From: Polyangiales bacterium
GTDB taxonomy: Bacteria; Myxococcota_A; Polyangia; Polyangiales; Polyangiaceae
DNA length: 64,000 nt
Reading direction: 5' to 3'
NCBI GenBank assembly: GCA_038231275.1
Contig: JBBRLQ010000005.1
Span: 288,001 to 352,000, forward strand
Every line of letters starts with the position of its first letter. Within the stretch, counting starts at the first letter, position 1. The position numbers were made by a program, and so were the translations under genes. Shown one piece after another: positions 46,318 through 55,568 of this stretch. The notes below the pieces were generated by a model that was given only the letters and a program-made list of their open reading frames with translations, was not told where the DNA came from and did not search any database.

Positions 46318-47442
46318 TCACGCAGCTACCGGCAGAGTGAAGTGGAACGCCGCGCCTTTTCCGAGCTCGCTCTCTGCCCAGATTCGACCGCCGTGCGCCT
46401 GCACCGTCTTCTCGCAGATGTAGAGCCCCAGACCGAGCCCGCGCGGCGCCTCCGTGTCGAGTTGCCAGAAGCGCTCGAACAAATGGGGCAGCGCATCGGA
46501 CGAAATGCCCGGCCCGTTGTCGCGAACGGTGAACTCGACTTCGTCCGCCCGCTCCACGACGTGCACGTCGACGGTCCCCTTCGCCGGGGTGAACTTCAAC
46601 GCGTTGCCGAGCAGGTTCGAGAACACCTGGACGATGCGGTCGTGGTCGAATGACGCGACGAGGGGCGACGGACGGCCTTCGACGAGTAGGGACATTTTGC
46701 GATCCAAGAAAAGCGGCCCATACGCGCGCTGCACCTCGTGGAGGAGCTCGCCGACGTTGTGTGGCCGTTTGACGATGCGAAACGTGCCCGCGTCGATCCG
46801 GGTTACATCGAGCATGTCCGTCAGGAGGCGCTCCATGCGCCCTGCGGCTTGCGTGATCTCCTCGGCAGCTTGACGCGTGGACTCCTCCTTCGTCTCGTCG
46901 ACGATCATCCGCGCGCAGATCACGACGACGGTCAGCGCGCCGCGGAGGTCGTGCGCCACCATTCCCGTCACGTCGTCCCGGCGGTTCCCGTCCGCCTCGG
47001 CACGGGCGAGCGCGGCCCCTGCGAGATCGAACGCCATCGCTTGCGCCACCTCCTCGCCAGCCCTCTCCGTGGCCAGGCGGGCGTCGGTGTCGTGGCGACG
47101 TGCCTCCACGCCCGCGCTCAGGTTCTCCTCCTGTCGCCTTCCCGCAGCTACAGCAGCGTCTGCGTGCTGGCGCTCACGTTGAACGAGCGCGTCCGCATCT
47201 TCGCGCTCGGCAATGGCAGAGGAGTTCGGTGACGGCGCGTCCGCGCGATCGCGCGGCAGCGAACGATCCGACGCTTCCCGAGACGCCCGCAACCGCCGGT
47301 CCGCCGCGAAGCGATCGAGCTCGATGATGTCGTCGAGCGTTCGCCGCAGCGTCGAGCGAATTCGATCGGAGTCAGCTCGCTCCTCGCCGAGTCCCGCATC
47401 GGTGCTCGCGCGTCGCGCCAGCAAGTCGCGAAGTCGATTCAT
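46318..47442 (-). CDS. Soluble sensor histidine kinase (orphan)
   Basis: H-box VAHDLRG, N-box NLLGNALKF, DNGPGI, GLGLGL; charged helical N-terminus, no TM. Confidence 0.92.
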   Translation of the reverse strand: MNRLRDLLARRASTDAGLGEERADSDRIRSTLRRTLDDIIELDRFAADRRLRASREASDRSLPRDRADAPSPNSSAIAEREDADALVQRERQHADAAVAAGRRQEENLSAGVEARRHDTDARLATERAGEEVAQAMAFDLAGAALARAEADGNRRDDVTGMVAHDLRGALTVVVICARMIVDETKEESTRQAAEEITQAAGRMERLLTDMLDVTRIDAGTFRIVKRPHNVGELLHEVQRAYGPLFLDRKMSLLVEGRPSPLVASFDHDRIVQVFSNLLGNALKFTPAKGTVDVHVVERADEVEFTVRDNGPGISSDALPHLFERFWQLDTEAPRGLGLGLYICEKTVQAHGGRIWAESELGKGAAFHFTLPVAA

Positions 47443-47625
47443 GACCACCCCCCCACCGACGTTACAGGATCGGCCGGAAGAGGGGAGGGCCGCAAGGGTC
47501 TTTCGTCGGTCTCAGGGTTTGACTCGTGCGCCGACCGCTGCCCTTGTACGCATGGCGGTTCGCGGTTTCGTGCGCCCTATGGAAGGGCGAGCGCCGAAGC
47601 CAAGGAAGTGAGCCGCCGCCGACCG

Positions 47626-48243
47626 TTACTGTCGAAGCATCTTCGCGGCGAGCTCCGCGCGCTGGGCCGGCGTGAGCACCGGCACCGTCGCGTCGAGGCG
47701 GTCGACCATCCGAGCGGCGCCGCGATCGCCCGCGGGCTCCTGCGCCATCCGGTCGTGAATCTGCTTCTTCTGCTCCGGCGTGAGGTTCAGCCCGTGGCCG
47801 CCGTGGTGGCGACCCTCGCCCTTCGCCTCGCCGTCTTTGCCGCCCTTGCCGTTGGCGTCCTTCTTGGCCTGATGGGCGGCGTGCTTCGCTTCGCGGATCT
47901 TGGCGAGCTCCGCCTTCTGCGCGGCGGTCAGCGTGTCCTCTTGGACCTTCTTCGCGTTCGCCTCGGCGACCTTCGCCGCGTCGAGCTGCGGCTTGACGGC
48001 GGCGCGATCGATGATGCCTCGCTCGACCTGCGCGGCGAGCGCGACCCTCAGATCGGCGTGCGCCTTGTGCTCGGCCGCCTCCGCGGCGTCGAGCTTGGCT
48101 TTTTGATCCTGCGTGAGCGACGGCAGCGCGCGTGCGCCACCGCCGTGACCGCCGTGACCGCCACCGGCGAGCGCGGCGCCGCCGAGGGCGAGCGACGCGA
48201 GGACGAGGGACGCGGACACGAGCGTGCGGATGTTCTTGGACAT
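47626..48243 (-). CDS. Spy/CpxP-like (LTXXQ) periplasmic protein
   Basis: GGAGG RBS; signal peptide; LTQDQK, LTAAQK, LTPEQK and LTPAQR repeats. Confidence 0.85.
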   Translation of the reverse strand: MSKNIRTLVSASLVLASLALGGAALAGGGHGGHGGGARALPSLTQDQKAKLDAAEAAEHKAHADLRVALAAQVERGIIDRAAVKPQLDAAKVAEANAKKVQEDTLTAAQKAELAKIREAKHAAHQAKKDANGKGGKDGEAKGEGRHHGGHGLNLTPEQKKQIHDRMAQEPAGDRGAARMVDRLDATVPVLTPAQRAELAAKMLRQ

Positions 48244-48307
48244 GTTGGTTTCGATGGCCTCCGCACGGATCGACGTACGGCCCGCCCGATCGAATCCTGC
48301 GCGCGCG

Positions 48308-48322
48308 GTAAAGAACCGTGAA
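48308..48322. promoter_or_regulatory. CpxR/OmpR-type direct-repeat box upstream of the spy-like gene
   Basis: GTAAA-GAACC-GTGAA compared with the E. coli CpxR consensus GTAAA-N5-GTAAA. Confidence 0.4.
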
Positions 48323-48448
48323 CCCGAAAACCCGTCACGTTGCGCGGAGAACGGCCCGCGGCAGCGTGCGTAACGGCGTACGCTTTGGCCACGGAAGACC
48401 TCCGGCGACCACGTGAACGGCCGCCCTCCGCGTGGTAAGACGCAAGAC

Positions 48449-50410
48449 ATGGACGTGACGATCGCCGGGAGAATCCTCTACATCACCGAGGACCCGAAGC
48501 TCCTCGAGGCGCAGCTGATCGGGCAAGACCTCCCGCACGCGCCGTACGCCGCGGGCGCCGGGCTCGTCTCGAACATCTCCACCGACGAGCTCACCCCCGG
48601 CTGGGTTTGTTACTACTACGACGAGACGCTCGCGCGGTATTGCCTCGTCGGCCTGCGCGGCGGCGTCGTGAAGCAGGACGCCATCAAGAACGGCGGCTTC
48701 GGCGTCATCGTGAGCGGCATCTCCAAGGGCTGCGGCAGCTCGCGCGAGACCGCGCCGTACAGCGAGCTGAAGAGCGGCGTCCAGCTCGTCATCGCCAAGA
48801 GCATCGAGAAGATCTACCGCCAGAACTCGCAGAACATCGGCCTCCTCACGAGCACCGACTTCGGTCTCATCCCGCGCATCGCGCGCGGCGAGGCGATCCC
48901 GATGAGCGAGTTCACCAAGGGGCTCGATCCGATCAGCGCGTCCATCGTCGAGCACGGCGGCCTCTTCGCGTACAACCGCGCGCGCGTCGCCGGGAAGATC
49001 AGCCCGCCGCAGATCACGACGGCGGCGCGGCCGATGACCCTGTGCGAGAAAATCCTCGCGCGTCACGTCATCACCGACGCCAAGAGCGGCGCGCTCGGCG
49101 TGACCGCCGTGAAGCCGGGCGACGCGTTCTTCGCGCGCACCGACGTCCGCTTCAGCCACGAGTACGTGACGCCGATGGCCGAGTCGCTCTTCGTCGCCGA
49201 GATGGGCAAAGACGCCACGGTCACCGATCCCGCGAGCGTCTTCGCGTTTCGCGACCACCTCACGTTCCTCGATCTCGTGATGCCCAAGGCCCACAAGGAC
49301 ATGGGCCTGAAGGAGCAGGCCGGCTCGCTCGCGACGGTGCAAGAGAGCTTCACCAAGCGCCACTCCATCAAGCTCTACGGCGAGGTGCACCGCGACGGAA
49401 AGCTCGTGGGCAGCGAAGCCATCTGCCACAACAAGGTCATCGAAGAGCTCGCGCTTCCCGGGCAGCTCGTCGCCGGCACCGACTCGCACACCTGCATGGC
49501 CGGCGCCCTCGGCTGCTTCGCATTCGGCGTCGGCTCGACCGACATGGCCAACGCCTGGTACACGAAGGACGTCCGCGTCACGGTGCCCGAGACCGCCAAA
49601 TTCGTGCTCCGCGGGAAGCTCCGCCCCGGCGTCTGCGCGAAGGACGTCATGCTCCACATCTTGAGCCAGCCGTTCTTCAAGACCGGGCAGGGCATCGGCA
49701 AGGTGCTCGAGTTCACCGGTGACGGCGTTCGTGGCCTCTCGCTCGACGAGCGCGCCACGCTGACGAACATGGCGGTCGAGGCCGGCAGCTTCACCGGCAT
49801 CATCGAGGCCGACGACGTCATCGTGGACTACCTCGTCGCGCAGCGCGGCCTCCGCGCCGACGACGTTCGCGCGCGCATCGTCAAAGCAGATCCCGACGCC
49901 ACGTACGCGGCGACGTTCGAGATCGATCTCGCGTCCTTGGCCCCGATGGTGGCCACGCCCGGCGATCCTCGCAACGGCGTCCTCCTGAGCGAGCTCGGCG
50001 CCGAGGTGAAGATCGACATCGCGTACGGCGGCTCGTGCACCGGCGGCAAGAAGGCGGACATGGACATGTACGCCGAGGTCCTGCGCGCGGCCGTCGCGAA
50101 GGGCCGCAGGGTGGCGCCCGGCGTGCACCTCTACATCCAGTTCGGCTCGCAGGACATCCGCCGCTACGCGGAGGCGAAGGGGTACCTCGAGGTCTTCGCG
50201 AAGGCGGGGGCCGAGCTCGTCGACCCGTCGTGCGGCGCGTGCATCAAGGCGGGACCCGGCGTGAGCGACCGCGCCGAGCAGGTCACCGTCAGCGCGATCA
50301 ACCGCAATTTCCCGGGCAGAAGCGGCCCGGGAAAGGTGTATCTTGCAAGTCCGCTGGTCGTCGCCGCCAGCGCGATCTGCGGCAAGATCGCCGGCCCCGA
50401 AGCGATCTAG
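48449..50410 (+). CDS. Aconitase-family dehydratase: LeuD-like swivel domain fused N-terminal to LeuC-like Fe-S domains
   Basis: NISTDEL, GCGSSRETA, IYRQNSQNIGL; then MTLCEKIL, GTDSHTC, GGSCTGG, SCGACI, NRNFPGR, LASP. Confidence 0.9.
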   Translation: MDVTIAGRILYITEDPKLLEAQLIGQDLPHAPYAAGAGLVSNISTDELTPGWVCYYYDETLARYCLVGLRGGVVKQDAIKNGGFGVIVSGISKGCGSSRETAPYSELKSGVQLVIAKSIEKIYRQNSQNIGLLTSTDFGLIPRIARGEAIPMSEFTKGLDPISASIVEHGGLFAYNRARVAGKISPPQITTAARPMTLCEKILARHVITDAKSGALGVTAVKPGDAFFARTDVRFSHEYVTPMAESLFVAEMGKDATVTDPASVFAFRDHLTFLDLVMPKAHKDMGLKEQAGSLATVQESFTKRHSIKLYGEVHRDGKLVGSEAICHNKVIEELALPGQLVAGTDSHTCMAGALGCFAFGVGSTDMANAWYTKDVRVTVPETAKFVLRGKLRPGVCAKDVMLHILSQPFFKTGQGIGKVLEFTGDGVRGLSLDERATLTNMAVEAGSFTGIIEADDVIVDYLVAQRGLRADDVRARIVKADPDATYAATFEIDLASLAPMVATPGDPRNGVLLSELGAEVKIDIAYGGSCTGGKKADMDMYAEVLRAAVAKGRRVAPGVHLYIQFGSQDIRRYAEAKGYLEVFAKAGAELVDPSCGACIKAGPGVSDRAEQVTVSAINRNFPGRSGPGKVYLASPLVVAASAICGKIAGPEAI

Positions 50411-50423
50411 AGCAGACCGAGCC

Positions 50424-51959
50424 TCACAGCGGACCGAACAGCTCGTGGTATTTCGCTGCCGCGACGGGTACGGCGTCGGCGCCGTCGTGGAAGGGGCCGT
50501 TCTGGCTGCCTGTGGACTGCTTGGTCATGGGGTAGACGACGGACTTGGCCGCCGGTCCCACGTCGCTGCCGTCGAGGCCCTCGGCGAGCACGTCATAGGC
50601 GACGTTGTTCGCGGGGTCGGCGAAGAAGTCGTACATCAGCTGGACGAATGCGTCGTCGTCGTTGCCGCCGTGGCCATCCATGCGCAGCGGCGGCGCCCAC
50701 TCGCTGACGGCCAAGGGCTTGTGCTTCTCCCTGCCGAACGCCGCGAACGCGGCGAGGCTCGCCCGATGACCCGTGACCGCATCGTCGAACGCAGCGGTCG
50801 GCCATGCGTCGAAGAGGTTGACCATGACGCCGGTGACGGCGCGCGCGGCCGGCACGTTGAGTGTGGCGCTCGGCGGGCTGGCGGAGAGATCGACGGAGTC
50901 GACCTTGGCAAACAGCGGGTAGCTCGTCGGCGCTCCTCCGCTCGTCCCTGCCGTGTACACCTGGATGGAGCGTCCACGGTCGGTCGCCGCGAAGTGACGG
51001 CCGCTCGGTGTGGACCATCCCGTGACGACCATGCTGGCCGCCGCCATCGACCCCGTGCCTTGCACGATCGTCGGCGTGCCCGCGGCATAACTCTGATCGA
51101 ACAGAGTGAGACCGACGTAGTCGACGTAGTCGGCGCCGGCGCCGTCGGGGCCGCCCGGGTACGCCGCCGCGACGACCGACGCCGGAACGTGCACGCCGCC
51201 CGCCTCCGCGTCCACGTACGTCGCGTTCCACTCGAATCTGAATTTCTGCCCGGGGACGCCGCGCGCGATGTCGACGACGCGCCGATATGCCGATTTGTAC
51301 GCGGTGGCCGCGTCGGTCAGCGACGCGTACCCGGTCGTCGCGTCCAGGTTGATCGGCGCCGCGATGCTCCACGCGAAGCCCGATCCTCCCATCGCCCATC
51401 CGAGTCGAACGATCGCATCACCCTGCCCGTACTGTACGAGCCTGTTGAACCACGTCTTGAAGCTCGCGTCGGCGTTGCCGGCGTTCGTGTCTTTCAGGCC
51501 CACGTCGTTGCCGCGCGTGAGCGGCGTCGACCACAGCGCCTGGAGACCGACGAGCGACGGCGTCATCCTCGCCGGCAAACCCCACGTCGATCCGTTGCGC
51601 GTTCCGAACGCGTAATCGAGGACGGTCTGCGCTTGCCCGGGATCCGGATAGGCAATCGCGTTGAAGATTTTGCAATTGTTGCGACTGGTGCCCGTGCGCC
51701 AGGTGCCGATGTTCTTGTACCAGGTCATCGCGTCGTCGACGCTCTGCGTGCGGTAGGTGTCGTCGACGACGTTGCGCATGAGGAAGCCGGACATCCAGGT
51801 CCTGCCGACGCCGGCCTCGGCGTCCGCGCCAGCGTCGATGGCGCTGCCGCTCGCCGGATCGATCTCTCTCAGTCCGAGCACAGTGCTGCACGCGCAGAGC
51901 CACGCCAATCCGGCCGCGAGCGGAAGGGAGAGGCGGGGACGCCAGAGACGGCCGATCAC
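50424..51959 (-). CDS. GH26-like lipoprotein lacking the catalytic acid/base Glu (probable pseudoenzyme)
   Basis: GGAGG before GTG 51959; lipobox LCAC; colinear paralog of 55569-57209; IVRLGWAMGG in place of IIRLGWEMNG; nucleophile motif AVSEW retained. Confidence 0.78.
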   Translation of the reverse strand: MIGRLWRPRLSLPLAAGLAWLCACSTVLGLREIDPASGSAIDAGADAEAGVGRTWMSGFLMRNVVDDTYRTQSVDDAMTWYKNIGTWRTGTSRNNCKIFNAIAYPDPGQAQTVLDYAFGTRNGSTWGLPARMTPSLVGLQALWSTPLTRGNDVGLKDTNAGNADASFKTWFNRLVQYGQGDAIVRLGWAMGGSGFAWSIAAPINLDATTGYASLTDAATAYKSAYRRVVDIARGVPGQKFRFEWNATYVDAEAGGVHVPASVVAAAYPGGPDGAGADYVDYVGLTLFDQSYAAGTPTIVQGTGSMAAASMVVTGWSTPSGRHFAATDRGRSIQVYTAGTSGGAPTSYPLFAKVDSVDLSASPPSATLNVPAARAVTGVMVNLFDAWPTAAFDDAVTGHRASLAAFAAFGREKHKPLAVSEWAPPLRMDGHGGNDDDAFVQLMYDFFADPANNVAYDVLAEGLDGSDVGPAAKSVVYPMTKQSTGSQNGPFHDGADAVPVAAAKYHELFGPL

Positions 51960-52019
51960 CCTCCGACTATAACGCACGCGGCAGCGGGCGAGTTGGCGAC
52001 CCATGTAGATGCCCTGCCC

Positions 52020-52907
52020 TCAGGGGTCGTCGATGCGCAGCATGCTTCCGAGGGTCATGTCGAAGCGGCTCTGGATCATGTTCACGATGCTGTCGACCTC
52101 CGCGTCGGTCGCCCCGAGACGCGCCATCATCGCGCGACGCGTCTCGTCCACGAGCGCTTGGCGCGCTTTGACGATCCAGCGGGCCGCCGTCGCGCGATGC
52201 ACGCCGTAGATGGCTCCCACCCGATCGACGTCGAGCTTCTGCGCGAACGCATACGACAAAAGATTCCGATTCTTCGGGTCGAGGGCGAGGAGGGCGTCGG
52301 TGACCGCCGCCTTGAAGTCGGCGCGGTACACCCGCTTCAGATGCTCCAGCTCGAAGTCTCCTTCGCCTGCTGCGAGGTCGGCGAGCACCTCCGCGTCGGT
52401 CGGCGTGTCGCGCTCGGGCTTGGCGACGAGTCCCAGGACCACGCGTGACGCGACGACGCGCAACCACGCGCGGACCGAGCCGAGCCCGCGGTACTCTGCG
52501 ATGCGCGGCGGCGCGCCCTCACGCGCGACGAAGATGCGCTCGCGCACCAACTGCGCCACGTCGTCGTCGGACGATTGGAGTCGCGTGGATCGGCGCACGG
52601 CGTGGAAGACCTCGCCGAAGTAGCGCCGCTCGAACGCCGCGATCGCCCGCGCGTCGCCCTCCGCGCACGCGCTGGCCACGTAGAGATCGGCGAGACGCAA
52701 CGACGAGAGCGCCGCCGCGAGAGGCAGGTCCGCCGGCAACCGAAGCGCGATCCAGCGGGCGAACGCGACCTCCGCGACCGCGAGCCCTGGCCACTCGGCG
52801 CACGCATGCGCGAACGCGTCGTCGGCGGCGCGACGCCCGGCGGCATCGAGGTCCTCACGGCGCCCCGCGGCTGCCGTCGCTTCGGTCAACGCAGACGAGA
52901 AGAGCAC
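52020..52907 (-). CDS. Myxococcales-family sigma-70 (ECF-like) factor
   Basis: DLYVASACAEGD..AIAAFE, PRIAEYRGLGSVRAWLRVVASR, IYGVHRATAARW; starts immediately after the PEGA gene stop. Confidence 0.85.
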   Translation of the reverse strand: MLFSSALTEATAAAGRREDLDAAGRRAADDAFAHACAEWPGLAVAEVAFARWIALRLPADLPLAAALSSLRLADLYVASACAEGDARAIAAFERRYFGEVFHAVRRSTRLQSSDDDVAQLVRERIFVAREGAPPRIAEYRGLGSVRAWLRVVASRVVLGLVAKPERDTPTDAEVLADLAAGEGDFELEHLKRVYRADFKAAVTDALLALDPKNRNLLSYAFAQKLDVDRVGAIYGVHRATAARWIVKARQALVDETRRAMMARLGATDAEVDSIVNMIQSRFDMTLGSMLRIDDP

Positions 52908-53912
52908 TCAGAATCTCCCCGTGACATCGAGCGAAGCGCCGGCGGGGCCGACGTTGGGCGCGAAGACGAGACCCGTCCGAGAGGGGCGAGCCGGCGACAC
53001 GACGAGGAGCGTCACGCCGCCGGCTGCGAGCACGAGGCCGGCGACGAAGGCGACCGTCGATACGCGCGCAGCCTGATGCGCTGTGTCGTTTGCGGAGAGG
53101 CCGTCGGCGTTCGCGCAAGGACTGCGGGGGCAGGCGCGGTCGACGTCCGCCTTCTTCGCCCATGCGAACGCGCCCGCCGCGATCCCGACGCCGACGCCCG
53201 TCGCACCTGCCGCCAGGCCGACGATGCCGAGCGTGTGCATCGTCGTCGACGGGCGCGCGGGCGGCGAGGACGCAGCTCTCTCCGGCGCGGCCTCTCTCAC
53301 GGCCACCGGCTCCTCGGTCGCCTGCGCGAGCTCGGGTACGGTCACGCGCGTGGAGGCATGGGCGCCCTCGACGCGTGTTCGGCTCGTCCACGCGACCCTT
53401 CCGGGCGCTCGCGCGACCACGACGTGCTCACCGGGGTCGACGGGGATCTCGACGCCCCACTCGGCGGGACCGACCTCGAGGCCGTCTCTCGTGATCGTGA
53501 GCCCGGCGACGGCGTTGTCCGCGGGAACCTCGACGACGAGGTGCAGGAGCTGGCGCTCGAGCGCCTGCGCGCGTTCGAGCGCAGTGGCGCGCCAGTCGGC
53601 GCGATGTCGCTCGTTGGCCGCCTTCGCAGCGTCCGTGAAAGTCACCCACGCGCTCGCGGTGCGTCCCGTTCGCTCGTAGCAATCCGCGAGGTTCAGCAGC
53701 GTGCCCGCGGCAGGGTCCAGCCGTTGGCTCTCTGCGAGCTTCGGGCATGCCTCCGCGTAGCGTCCTTCGACCATCAGCTTCCGCGCTGCCTTGAACAGCG
53801 ATTCCGCCGCGGCTTGCGCCTCGGCGTCGGTCGCGCGCGCCGCGGGGGCGACCGCGAGGACGGCGACGACGGCGAACGAGGCTGCCCTATTCGCGAGCGA
53901 TCGTCGGCTCAT
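52908..53912 (-). CDS. TPR + PEGA-like exported protein
   Basis: Signal peptide; EACPKLAESQRLDPAAGTLLNLADCYE (TPR); IPVDPGEHVVVARAPG (PEGA-like); ends LDVTGRF; ATGA coupling to the kinase. Confidence 0.85.
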   Translation of the reverse strand: MSRRSLANRAASFAVVAVLAVAPAARATDAEAQAAAESLFKAARKLMVEGRYAEACPKLAESQRLDPAAGTLLNLADCYERTGRTASAWVTFTDAAKAANERHRADWRATALERAQALERQLLHLVVEVPADNAVAGLTITRDGLEVGPAEWGVEIPVDPGEHVVVARAPGRVAWTSRTRVEGAHASTRVTVPELAQATEEPVAVREAAPERAASSPPARPSTTMHTLGIVGLAAGATGVGVGIAAGAFAWAKKADVDRACPRSPCANADGLSANDTAHQAARVSTVAFVAGLVLAAGGVTLLVVSPARPSRTGLVFAPNVGPAGASLDVTGRF

Positions 53913-55393
53913 CGTTCGTCCGGAATTTTGCCGCCGCCCGACGGGCCGCGGGGCAGGGTGCCGGGCGCCACGCGCCGCGGCGGACGGCGCGGATCCATCG
54001 CGGGCGCGATCATGCTCGCGTGTGGTGGCGCGAGCGTCGGCGCAGGCGGGTCGGGGGCGGCAACCTGCGGCGCCGCTGCCGCGATGGGCGGCGTCGGGGC
54101 GATCGCCGACGCCGGCGCGTCGACGACCGACGGCTCGTGGCGGGTCGACCTGTTTCGCGCGAGGGAGACGCTCAGCGCGAGGGCGAGCACGAGCGCCACT
54201 ATAACCGCCGACACGAGCCGCACGTTCGGAGCGCGCTTCGGGCCTGCGTCCGCAGGCGGCTGACGAAGCGAAGACGTCGGCGACGGTTGGTCCATGACCG
54301 CGGTCACGGACGTCGCCGACGACGTCACGTGGGTCGCGGTGACGTCTCGGGGCAGTGGCGCGGGCGCCGCTGCGCCCACCCGCGCTCGGCACGCCGAGCA
54401 CGACGCTGCGTGTCGCTCGACGCGCGCCAGCGCCTCACTTCCTAACGCGCCTTCCTGCATCTCGGCGAGCACGTTGTCGTCGAGGCACGGCGTCGCCGCG
54501 TCGGAGGCCGGCGATGAGGTCACACGAAACGGCGCGAGCGCCTCCGCGAGCGCTTCGACACTGGAGAAGCGTTCGTCCGGCACCTTCGCGAGGCACTTCG
54601 CGACGACGTCGGAGAGCCCGCGAGGAACGTCCGGCCGTACGTGGTGCAGGGCCTGCGGATCGTCGCGAAGGATACGCGCGCCAATCTCGATCAGCCCCGT
54701 CCCCTGGAAGGGCGGCCGTCCTGCGAGGACCGCGTAGAGGCAAGCGCCGAGCGCCCAAACGTCGGCCCGCGCGTCGATCTCGGCTCCTCCGCGGAGCTGC
54801 TCGGGGGCCATGTAGTGGGGTGTCCCGACGAGCTCGCTCGTCTGTGTCAGCATGGGATCGCTCGCGTCCGTGGTGCGCGCGATCCCGAAGTCGAGCACCT
54901 TCACCAGCCCGTGCCCCCGCCGCTCGCGAACGATGAACAGGTTCTGCGGTTTGAGGTCGCGGTGAATGATCCCGAGGGCGTGCGCTTCGGCGACGCCCTC
55001 GCACGCCTGCGCGATGTAGTCGACCAGGACCGCAGTGGGCTTGTCCTTCGACTCGCGGGTCAGCCTCTGAAGATCCTTGCCCTCCAGCAGCTCGAGCACC
55101 AAGAACGGCGTCCCTTCGTGCTCTCCGGCGTCGAAGATGCGCGCGACGTGAGCGCTCTTCAGACGCGCGAGCGCCCGAGCCTCCCGCATCAAGCGCGCAG
55201 CCCCCGTGGCGCTCGCGAGCGACTCGTCGCGAAGGAGCTTCAGGGCGACGTTCTCGCCGAGGGTCAAGTGACGCGCAGCGACGACGATCCCCATCCCGCC
55301 GGAGCCGAGGATCTTCTCGACCCGGTACTTGCCGGCGACGACGCATCCCGGGCGAATTCCCGACGTGATGGCGTCGCTCTCGGGTTGCGTCAC
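53909..55393 (-). CDS. Membrane Ser/Thr kinase with zf-HC2-like motif after the kinase domain
   Basis: GSGGMGIV, VALK, HRDLKPQN, DFG, GTPHYMAPE; C-x24-HAASCSAC at 54389-54487; TM LVSAVIVALVLALALSVSL. GTG 55393 start is inferred. Confidence 0.92.
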   Translation of the reverse strand: MTQPESDAITSGIRPGCVVAGKYRVEKILGSGGMGIVVAARHLTLGENVALKLLRDESLASATGAARLMREARALARLKSAHVARIFDAGEHEGTPFLVLELLEGKDLQRLTRESKDKPTAVLVDYIAQACEGVAEAHALGIIHRDLKPQNLFIVRERRGHGLVKVLDFGIARTTDASDPMLTQTSELVGTPHYMAPEQLRGGAEIDARADVWALGACLYAVLAGRPPFQGTGLIEIGARILRDDPQALHHVRPDVPRGLSDVVAKCLAKVPDERFSSVEALAEALAPFRVTSSPASDAATPCLDDNVLAEMQEGALGSEALARVERHAASCSACRARVGAAAPAPLPRDVTATHVTSSATSVTAVMDQPSPTSSLRQPPADAGPKRAPNVRLVSAVIVALVLALALSVSLARNRSTRHEPSVVDAPASAIAPTPPIAAAAPQVAAPDPPAPTLAPPHASMIAPAMDPRRPPRRVAPGTLPRGPSGGGKIPDER

Positions 55394-55568
55394 GCTATCA
55401 CCCACGCGCGCACAGCGTATCACGCGTCGCCGGGCGCGCATGTGCGGCGGGCACTTGAGACCGTCCCGCGTGAAAAAGAAAATGAATTTCTCCATCGCGA
55501 TGCGACGGCGGTCCGCGAGTCCTGTCTCTGGAAAACGTGGGCATCGGTCGCCCATGCGGAGATAGACC

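Noticed and set aside
50424-51959. Calling the WAMGG GH26 copy a pseudogene
   Set aside because: The frame is intact and full length with an RBS, lipobox and normal codon bias; the notable changes fall at active-site positions, which fits repurposing better than decay.
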